Positions 1-11,199 of a stretch of 64,000 nt of DNA are shown one piece after another. A program made the translations under genes and the position numbers. Numbering within the stretch: the first letter of the stretch is position 1; every line of letters begins with the position of its first letter. The stretch spans positions 42,222,001 to 42,286,000 of the forward strand of contig OZ024745.1 in the NCBI GenBank assembly GCA_964016885.1, read 5' to 3'. The notes below the pieces were generated by a model. It searched no databases and was not told the DNA's origin. It was given only the letters and a program-made list of their open reading frames with translations. This DNA is from Eledone cirrhosa (lineage: Eukaryota).

Positions 1-429
1 CTCCTGGCTTCAGTAAACTATAGTGTCACCTTATTGCAGATGACTAGATGACTAGGCAATAGAATGCAGTGACTCCTGGCTTCTGTGAACTATAGTCTAA
101 CCATTGTTGCAGATGACTAGATGACTAGGCAATAGATTGCAGAGTGACTCCTGGCTTCAGTGAACTATAGTCTCACCTTATTGCAGATGACTAGATGACT
201 GGGCAATAGAATGAAGTGACTCCTGGCTTCTGTGAACTATAGTCTAACCATTGTTGCAGATGACTAGATGACTAGGCAATAGATTGCATTGTAACTACGG
301 GCTTCAGTGAAGTATTGTCTCACCTTATTGCAGATGACTAGATGACTAGGCGATAGAATTCAGAGTGACTCGGGGCTTCATTGAAGTATAGTCTAACCAT
401 TGTTGCAGATGACTAGATGACTAGGCAAT

Positions 430-3400
430 AGAATGCAGAGTGACTCCTGGCTTCAGTGCACTATAGGCTCACCTTATTGCAGATGACTAGATGACTACGC
501 AATAGAATGCAGTGTGACTCCTGGCTTCAGTGAACTATAGTCTCACCTTATTGCAGATGACTAGATGACTAGGCAAAAGAATGCAGAGTAACTCCTGGCT
601 TCAGTGAACTATAGTCTCACCTTATTGCAGATGACTAGAAGACTAGGCAATAGAATGCAAAGTGACTCCTGGCTTTTGTGAACTGTAGTCTAACCATTGT
701 TGCAGATGATTAGATGACTAGGCAATAGAATGCAGAGTGACTCCTGGCTTCGTTGAAGTATAGTCTAACCATTGTTGCAGATGACTTGATGACTAGGCAA
801 TACAATGCAGAGTGACTCCTGGCTTCAGGGAAGTATAGTCTCACCTTATTGCAGATGACTAGATGATTAGGCAATAGAATGCAGAGTGACTCCTGGCTTC
901 AGTGAACTATAGTGTCACCTTATTGCAGATGACTAGATGACTAGGCAATAGAATGCATAGTGACTCCTGGCTTCAGTGAACTATAGTCTCACCTTGTTGC
1001 AGATGACTAGATGACTGGGCAATATAATGCAGAGTGACTCCTAGCTTCTGTGAACTATAGTCTAACCATTGTTACAGATGACTAGATGACTAGGCAATAG
1101 ATTGCAGAGTGACTCCTGGCTTCGTTGAAGTATAGTCTAACCATTGTTGCAGATGACTTGATGACTAGGCAATACAATGCAGAGTGACTCCTGGCTTCAG
1201 GGAAGTATAGTCTCACCTTATTGCAGATGACTAGATGATTAGGCAATAGAATGCAGAGTGACTCCTGGCTTCAGTGAACTATAGTCTCACCTTGTTGCAG
1301 ATGACTAGATGACTGGGCAATAGAATGCAGAGTGAGTCCTGGCTTCAGTGAACTATAGTCTCACCTTATTACAGATGACTAGATGACTACGCAATAGAAT
1401 GCAGAGTGACTCCTGGCTTCGGTGAAGTATAGTCTAACCATTGTTGCAGATGACTAGATGACTAGGCAATACAATGCAGAGTGACTCCTGGCATCAGTGA
1501 AGTTCAGTCTCACCTTATTGCAGATGACTAAATGACTAGACAATAGAATGCAGAGTGACTCCTGTCTTCAGTGAAGTATAGTCTCACCTTATTGCAGATG
1601 ACTAGATGACTAGGCAATAGAATGCAGAGTGACTCCTGGCTTCTGTGAACTATAGTCTCACCTTATTGCTGATGACTAGATGACTAGGCAATAGAATGCA
1701 GAGTGACTCCTGGCTTCTGTGAACTGTAGTCTAACCATTGTTGCAGATGACTAGATGACTAGGCAATAGATTGCAGAGTGACTCCGGGCTTCAGTGAAGT
1801 ATAGTCTCACCTTATTGCAGATGACTAGATGACTGGGCAATAGAATGCAGATTGACTCCTGGCTTCAGTGAACTATAGTCTCACCTTATTGCAGATGACT
1901 AGATGACTAGGCAGTAGAATGCAGAGTGACTCCTGGCTTCGGTGAAGTATATTCTAATCATTGTTGCAGATGACTAGATGACTAGGCAATAGAATGCAGA
2001 GTGACTCCTGGCTTCAGTAAACAATAGTGTCACCTTATTGCAGATGACTAGATGACTAGGCAATAGAATGCAGTGACTCCTGGCTTCTGTGAACTATAGT
2101 CTAACCATTGTTGCAGATGACTAGATGACTAGGCAATAGAATGCAGAGTGACTCCTGGCTTCAGTGAACTATAGTCTAACCATTGTTGCAGATGACTAGA
2201 TGACTAGGCAATAGTATGCAGAGTGACTCCTGGCTTCAGTGCACTATAGGCTCACCTTATTGCAGATGACTAGATGACTACGCAATAGAATGCAGTGTGA
2301 CTCCTGGCTTCAGTGAACTATAGTCTCACCTTATTGCAGATGACTAGATGACTAGGCAAAAGAATGCAGAGTGACTCCTGGCTTCAGTGAACTATAGTCT
2401 CACCTTATTGCAGATGACTAGAAGACTAGGCAATAGAATGCAAAGTGACTCCTGGCTTTTGTGAACTGTAGTCTAACCATTGTTGCAGATGATTAGATGA
2501 CTAGGCAATAGAATGCAGAGTGACTCCTGGCTTCGTTGAAGTATAGTCTAACCATTGTTGCAGATGACTTGATGACTAGGCAATACAATGCAGAGTGACT
2601 CCTGGCTTCAGGGAAGTATAGTCTCACCTTATTGCAGATGACTAGATGATTAGGCAATAGAATGCAGAGTGACTCCTGGTTTCAGTGAACTATAGTGTCA
2701 CCTTATTGCAGATGACTAGATGACTAGGCAATAGAATGCATAGTGACTCCTGGCTTCAGTGAACTATAGTCTCACCTTGTTGCAGATGACTAGATGACTG
2801 GGCAATATAATGCAGAGTGACTCCTAGCTTCTGTGAACTATAGTCTAACCATTGTTACAGATGACTAGATGACTAGGCAATAGATTGCAGAGTGACTCCT
2901 GGCTTCGTTGAAGTATAGTCTAACCATTGTTGCAGATGACTTGATGACTAGGCAATACAATGCAGAGTGACTCCTGGCTTCAGGGAAGTATAGTCTCACC
3001 TTATTGCAGATGACTAGATGATTAGGCAATAGAATGCAGAGTGACTCCTGGCTTCAGTGAACTATAGTCTCACCTTGTTGCAGATGACTAGATGACTGGG
3101 CAATAGAATGCAGAGTGAGTCCTGGCTTCAGTGAACTATAGTCTCACCTTATTACAGATGACTAGATGACTACGCAATAGAATGCAGAGTGACTCCTGGC
3201 TTCGGTGAAGTATAGTCTAACCATTGTTGCAGATGACTAGATGACTAGGCAATACAATGCAGAGTGACTCCTGGCATCAGTGAAGTTCAGTCTCACCTTA
3301 TTGCAGATGACTAAATGACTAGACAATAGAATGCAGAGTGACTCCTGTCTTCAGTGAAGTATAGTCTCACCTTATTGCAGATGACTAGATGACTAGGCAA

Positions 3401-6400
3401 TAGAATGCAGAGTGACTCCTGGCTTCTGTGAACTATAGTCTCACCTTATTGCTGATGACTAGATGACTAGGCAATAGAATGCAGAGTGACTCCTGGCTTC
3501 TGTGAACTGTAGTCTAACCATTGTTGCAGATGACTAGATGACTAGGCAATAGATTGCAGAGTGACTCCGGGCTTCAGTGAAGTATAGTCTCACCTTATTG
3601 CAGATGACTAGATGACTGGGCAATAGAATGCAGATTGACTCCTGGCTTCAGTGAACTATAGTCTCACCTTATTGCAGATGACTAGATGACTAGGCAGTAG
3701 AATGCAGAGTGACTCCTGGCTTCAGTGAAGTATATTCTAATCATTGTTGCAGATGACTAGATGACTAGGCAATAGAATGCAGAGTGACTCCTGGCTTCAG
3801 TAAACAATAGTGTCACCTTATTGCAGATGACTAGATGACTAGGCAATAGAATGCAGTGACTCCTGGCTTCTGTGAACTATAGTCTAACCATTGTTGCAGA
3901 TGACTAGATGACTAGGCAATAGAATGCAGAGTGACTCCTGGCTTCAGTGAACTATAGTCTAACCATTGTTGCAGATGACTAGATGACTAGGCAATAGTAT
4001 GCAGAGTGACTCCTGGCTTCAGTGCACTATAGGCTCACCTTATTGCAGATGACTAGATGACTACGCAATAGAATGCAGTGTGACTCCTGGCTTCAGTGAA
4101 CTATAGTCTCACCTTATTGCAGATGACTAGATGACTAGGCAAAAGAATGCAGAGTGACTCCTGGCTTCAGTGAACTATAGTCTCACCTTATTGCAGATGA
4201 CTAGAAGACTAGGCAATAGAATGCAAAGTGACTCCTGGCTTCGTTGAAGTATAGTCTAACCATTGTTGCAGATGACTTGATGACTAGGCAATACAATGCA
4301 GAGTGACTCCTGGCTTCAGGGAAGTATAGTCTCACCTTATTGCAGATGACTAGATGATTAGGCAATAGAATGCAGAGTGACTCCTGGCTTCAGTGAACTA
4401 TAGTCTCACCTTGTTGCAGATGACTAGATGACTGGGCAATAGAATGCAGAGTGAGTCCTGGCTTCAGTGAACTATAGTCTCACCTTATTACAGATGACTA
4501 GATGACTACGCAATAGAATGCAGAGTGACTCCTGGCTTCGGTGAAGTATAGTCTAACCATTGTTGCAGATGACTAGATGACTAGGCAATACAATGCAGAG
4601 TGACTCCTGGCATCAGTGAAGTTCAGTCTCACCTTATTGCAGATGACTAAATGACTAGACAATAGAATGCAGAGTGACTCCTGTCTTCAGTGAAGTATAG
4701 TCTCACCTTATTGCAGATGACTAGATGACTAGGCAATAGAATGCAGAGTGACTCCTGGCTTCTGTGAACTATAGTCTCACCTTATTGCTGATGACTAGAT
4801 GACTAGGCAATAGAATGCAGAGTGACTCCTGGCTTCTGTGAACTGTAGTCTAACCATTGTTGCAGATGACTAGATGACTAGGCAATAGATTGCAGAGTGA
4901 CTCCGGGCTTCAGTGAAGTATAGTCTCACCTTATTGCAGATGACTAGATGACTGGGCAATAGAATGCAGATTGACTCCTGGCTTCAGTGAACTATAGTCT
5001 CACCTTATTGCAGATGACTAGATGACTAGGCAGTAGAATGCAGAGTGACTCCTGGCTTCAGTGAAGTATATTCTAATCATTGTTGCAGATGACTAGATGA
5101 CTAGGCAATAGAATGCAGAGTGACTCCTGGCTTCAGTAAACAATAGTGTCACCTTATTGCAGATGACTAGATGACTAGGCAATAGAATGCAGTGACTCCT
5201 GGCTTCTGTGAACTATAGTCTAACCATTGTTGCAGATGACTAGATGACTAGGCAATAGAATGCAGAGTGACTCCTGGCTTCAGTGAACTATAGTCTAACC
5301 ATTGTTGCAGATGACTAGATGACTAGGCAATAGTATGCAGAGTGACTCCTGGCTTCAGTGCACTATAGGCTCACCTTATTGCAGATGACTAGATGACTAC
5401 GCAATAGAATGCAGTGTGACTCCTGGCTTCAGTGAACTATAGTCTCACCTTATTGCAGATGACTAGATGACTAGGCAAAAGAATGCAGAGTGACTCCTGG
5501 CTTCAGTGAACTATAGTCTCACCTTATTGCAGATGACTAGAAGACTAGGCAATAGAATGCAAAGTGACTCCTGGCTTTTGTGAACTGTAGTCTAACCATT
5601 GTTGCAGATGATTAGATGACTAGGCAATAGAATGCAGAGTGACTCCTGGCTTCGTTGAAGTATAGTCTAACCATTGTTGCAGATGACTTGATGACTAGGC
5701 AATACAATGCAGAGTGACTCCTGGCTTCAGGGAAGTATAGTCTCACCTTATTGCAGATGACTAGATGATTAGGCAATAGAATGCAGAGTGACTCCTGGTT
5801 TCAGTGAACTATAGTGTCACCTTATTGCAGATGACTAGATGACTAGGCAATAGAATGCATAGTGACTCCTGGCTTCAGTGAACTATAGTCTCACCTTGTT
5901 GCAGATGACTAGATGACTGGGCAATATAATGCAGAGTGACTCCTAGCTTCTGTGAACTATAGTCTAACCATTGTTACAGATGACTAGATGACTAGGCAAT
6001 AGATTGCAGAGTGACTCCTGGCTTCGTTGAAGTATAGTCTAACCATTGTTGCAGATGACTTGATGACTAGGCAATACAATGCAGAGTGACTCCTGGCTTC
6101 AGGGAAGTATAGTCTCACCTTATTGCAGATGACTAGATGATTAGGCAATAGAATGCAGAGTGACTCCTGGCTTCAGTGAACTATAGTCTCACCTTGTTGC
6201 AGATGACTAGATGACTGGGCAATAGAATGCAGAGTGAGTCCTGGCTTCAGTGAACTATAGTCTCACCTTATTACAGATGACTAGATGACTACGCAATAGA
6301 ATGCAGAGTGACTCCTGGCTTCGGTGAAGTATAGTCTAACCATTGTTGCAGATGACTAGATGACTAGGCAATACAATGCAGAGTGACTCCTGGCATCAGT

Positions 6401-9400
6401 GAAGTTCAGTCTCACCTTATTGCAGATGACTAAATGACTAGACAATAGAATGCAGAGTGACTCCTGTCTTCAGTGAAGTATAGTCTCACCTTATTGCAGA
6501 TGACTAGATGACTAGGCAATAGAATGCAGAGTGACTCCTGGCTTCTGTGAACTATAGTCTCACCTTATTGCTGATGACTAGATGACTAGGCAATAGAATG
6601 CAGAGTGACTCCTGGCTTCTGTGAACTGTAGTCTAACCATTGTTGCAGATGACTAGATGACTAGGCAATAGATTGCAGAGTGACTCCGGGCTTCAGTGAA
6701 GTATAGTCTCACCTTATTGCAGATGACTAGATGACTGGGCAATAGAATGCAGATTGACTCCTGGCTTCAGTGAACTATAGTCTCACCTTATTGCAGATGA
6801 CTAGATGACTAGGCAGTAGAATGCAGAGTGACTCCTGGCTTCAGTGAAGTATATTCTAATCATTGTTGCAGATGACTAGATGACTAGGCAATAGAATGCA
6901 GAGTGACTCCTGGCTTCAGTAAACAATAGTGTCACCTTATTGCAGATGACTAGATGACTAGGCAATAGAATGCAGTGACTCCTGGCTTCTGTGAACTATA
7001 GTCTAACCATTGTTGCAGATGACTAGATGACTAGGCAATAGAATGCAGAGTGACTCCTGGCTTCAGTGAACTATAGTCTAACCATTGTTGCAGATGACTA
7101 GATGACTAGGCAATAGTATGCAGAGTGACTCCTGGCTTCAGTGCACTATAGGCTCACCTTATTGCAGATGACTAGATGACTACGCAATAGAATGCAGTGT
7201 GACTCCTGGCTTCAGTGAACTATAGTCTCACCTTATTGCAGATGACTAGATGACTAGGCAAAAGAATGCAGAGTGACTCCTGGCTTCAGTGAACTATAGT
7301 CTCACCTTATTGCAGATGACTAGAAGACTAGGCAATAGAATGCAAAGTGACTCCTGGCTTTTGTGAACTGTAGTCTAACCATTGTTGCAGATGATTAGAT
7401 GACTAGGCAATAGAATGCAGAGTGACTCCTGGCTTCGTTGAAGTATAGTCTAACCATTTTTGCAGATGACTTGATGACTAGGCAATACAATGCAGAGTGA
7501 CTCCTGGCTTCAGGGAAGTATAGTCTCACCTTATTGCAGATGACTAGATGATTAGGCAATAGAATGCAGAGTGACTCCTGGCTTCAGTGAACTATAGTCT
7601 CACCTTGTTGCAGATGACTAGATGACTGGGCAATAGAATGCAGAGTGAGTCCTGGCTTCAGTGAACTATAGTCTCACCTTATTACAGATGACTAGATGAC
7701 TACGCAATAGAATGCAGAGTGACTCCTGGCTTCGGTGAAGTATAGTCTAACCATTGTTGCAGATGACTAGATGACTAGGCAATACAATGCAGAGTGACTC
7801 CTGGCTTCAGTGAAGTTCAGTCTCACCTTATTGCAGATGACTAAATGACTAGACAATAGAATGCAGAGTGACTCCTGTCTTCAGTGAAGTATAGTCTCAC
7901 CTTATTGCAGATGACTAGATGACTAGGCAATAGAATGCAGAGTGACTCCTGGCTTCTGTGAACTATAGTCTCACCTTATTGCTGATGACTAGATGACTAG
8001 GCAATAGAATGCAGAGTGACTCCTGGCTTCTGTGAACTGTAGTCTAACCATTGTTGCAGATGACTAGATGACTAGGCAATAGATTGCAGAGTGACTCCGG
8101 GCTTCAGTGAAGTATAGTCTCACCTTATTGCAGATGACTAGATGACTGGGCAATAGAATGCAGATTGACTCCTGGCTTCAGTGAACTATAGTCTCACCTT
8201 ATTGCAGATGACTAGATGACTAGGCAGTAGAATGCAGAGTGACTCCTGGCTTCAGTGAAGTATATTCTAATCATTGTTGCAGATGACTAGATGACTAGGC
8301 AATAGAATGCAGAGTGACTCCTGGCTTCAGTAAACAATAGTGTCACCTTATTGCAGATGACTAGATGACTAGGCAATAGAATGCAGTGACTCCTGGCTTC
8401 TGTGAACTATAGTCTAACCATTGTTGCAGATGACTAGATGACTAGGCAATAGAATGCAGAGTGACTCCTGGCTTCAGTGAACTATAGTCTAACCATTGTT
8501 GCAGATGACTAGATGACTAGGCAATAGTATGCAGAGTGACTCCTGGCTTCAGTGCACTATAGGCTCACCTTATTGCAGATGACTAGATGACTACGCAATA
8601 GAATGCAGTGTGACTCCTGGCTTCAGTGAACTATAGTCTCACCTTATTGCAGATGACTAGATGACTAGGCAAAAGAATGCAGAGTGACTCCTGGCTTCAG
8701 TGAACTATAGTCTCACCTTATTGCAGATGACTAGAAGACTAGGCAATAGAATGCAAAGTGACTCCTGGCTTTTGTGAACTGTAGTCTAACCATTGTTTCA
8801 GATGATTAGATGACTAGGCAATAGAATGCAGAGTGACTCCTGGCTTCGTTGAAGTATAGTCTAACCATTGTTGCAGATGACTTGAAGACTAGGCAATACA
8901 ATGCAGAGTGACTCCTGGCTTCAGGGAAGTATAGACTCACCTTATTGCAGATGACTATATGATTAGGCAATAGAATGCAGAGTGACTCCTGGCTTCAGTG
9001 AACTATAGTGTCACCTTATTGCAGATGACTAGATGACTAGGCAATAGAATGCAGAGTGACTCCTGGCTTCAGTGAACTATAGTCTCACCTTATTGCTGAT
9101 GACTAGATGACTAGGCAATAGAATGCATAGTGACTCCTGGCTTCAGTGATCTATAGTCTCACCTTGTTGCAGTTGACTAGATGACTGGGCAATATAATGC
9201 TGAGTGACTCCTAGCTTCTGTGAACTATAGTCTAACCATTGTTACAGATGACTAGATGACTAGCCAAAAGATTGCAGAGTGACTCCTGGCTTCGTTGAAG
9301 TATAGTCTAACCATTGTTGCAGATGACTTGATGACTAGGCAATACAATACAGAGGGACTCCTGGCTTCAGGGAAGTATAGTCTCACCTTATTGCTGATGA

Positions 9401-10560
9401 CTAGATGACTAGGCAATAGAATGCATAGTGACTCCTGGCTTCATTGAACTATAGTCTCACCTTGTTGCAGATGACTAGATGACTGGGCAATAGAATGCAG
9501 AGTGACTCCTGGCTTCAGTGAACTATAGTCTCACCTTATTACAGATGACTAGGGTGACTACGCAATAGAATGCAGAGTGACTCCTGGCTTCGGTGAAGTA
9601 TAGTCTAACCATCGTTGCAGATGACTAGATGACTAGGCAATACAATGCAGAGTGACTCCTGGCTTCAGTGAAGTTCAGTCTCACCTTATTGCAGATGACT
9701 AAATGACTAGACAATAGAATGCAGAGTGACTCCTGGCTTCAGTGAAGTATAGTCTCACCTTATTGCAGATGATTAGATGACTAGGCAATAGAATGCAGAG
9801 TGACTCCTGGCTTCTGTGAACTATAGTCTCACCTTATTGCTGATGACTAGATGACTACGCAATAGAATGCAGAGTGACTCCTGGCTTCAGGGAACTATAG
9901 TCTCACATTATTGCAGATGACTAGAAGACTAGGCAATAGAATGCAGAGTGACTCCTGGCTTCTGTGAACTGTAGTCTAACCATTGTTGCAGATGACTAGA
10001 TGACTAGGCAATAGAGTGCAGAGTGACTCCGGGCTTCAGTGAAATATAGTCTCACCTTATTGCAGATGACTAGATGACTAGGCAATAGAATGCAGAGTGA
10101 CTCCTGGCTTCAGTGAACTATAGTCTCACCTTATTGCAGATGACTAGATAACTAGGCAGTAGAATGCAGAGTGACTCCTGGCTTCAGTGAAGTATAGTCT
10201 AATCATTGTTGCAGATGAATAGATGACTAGGCAATAGAATGCAGAGTGACTCCTGGCTTCAGTAAACTATAGTGTCACCTTATTGCAGATGACTAGATGA
10301 CTAGGCAATAGAATGCAGTGACTCCTGGCTTCTGTGAACTATAGTCTAACCATTGTTGCAGATGACTAGATGACTAGGCAATAGATTACAGTGTAACTAC
10401 GGGCTTCAGTGAAGTATTGTCTCACCTTATTGCAGATGACTAGATGACTAGGCGATAGAATTCAGAGTGACTCGGGGCTTCATTGAAGTATAGTCTAACC
10501 ATTGTTGCAGATGACTAGATGACTAGGCAATAGAATGCAGAGTGACTCCTGGCTTCAGTG
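430..10560. repeat. Higher-order repeat array: 24-mer (1783 bp) with 18-, 19- and 27-mer variants
   Basis: Marker GTGCACTATAGGCT at 456, 2239, 4022, 5358, 7141, 8552 and 10558 gives spacings 1783, 1783, 1336, 1783, 1411, 2006. Independent marker GCATC at 1491, 3274, 4610, 6393 gives 1783, 1336, 1783. Confidence 0.9.
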
Positions 10561-11199
10561 CACTATAGGCTCACCTTATTGCAGATGACTAGATGACTAC
10601 GCAATAGAATGCAGTGTGACTCCTGGCTTCAGTGAACTATAGTCTCACCTTATTGCAGATGACTAGATGACTAGGCAAAAGAATGCAGAGTAACTCCTGG
10701 CTTCAGTGAACTATAGTCTCACCTTATTGCAGATGACTAGAAGACTAGGCAATAGAATGCAAAGTGACTCCTGGCTTTTGTGAACTGTAGTCTAACCATT
10801 GTTGCAGATGATTAGATGACTAGGCAATAGAATGCAGAGTGACTCCTGGCTTCGTTGAAGTATAGTCTAACCATTGTTGCAGATGACTTGATAACTAGGC
10901 AATACAATGCAGAGTGACTCCTGGCTTCAGGGAAGTATAGTCTCACCTTATTGCAGATGACTAGATGATTAGGCAATAGAATGCAGAGTGACTCCTGGCT
11001 TCAGTGAACTATAGTGTCACCTTATTGCAGATGACTAGATGACTAGGCAATAGAATGCATAGTGACTCCTGGCTTCAGTGAACTATAGTCTCACCTTGTT
11101 GCAGATGACTAGATGACTGGGCAATATAATGCAGAGTGACTCCTAGCTTCTGTGAACTATAGTCTAACCATTGTTACAGATGACTAGATGACTAGGCAA

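Noticed and set aside
514-524. AP-1/GCN4-like site TGACTC in each monomer
   Set aside because: The consensus is TGACTCC, not TGACTCA. The full site occurs only in rare variants (e.g. ~35721), and a short motif alone is not evidence of function.
514-588. tRNA or tRNA-SINE tandem array (74-75 bp unit; TGGCTTCAGTG resembles a Pol III A box)
   Set aside because: No properly spaced B box (GTTCRANNC), no cloverleaf or acceptor stem that I could build, and no T-run terminator.
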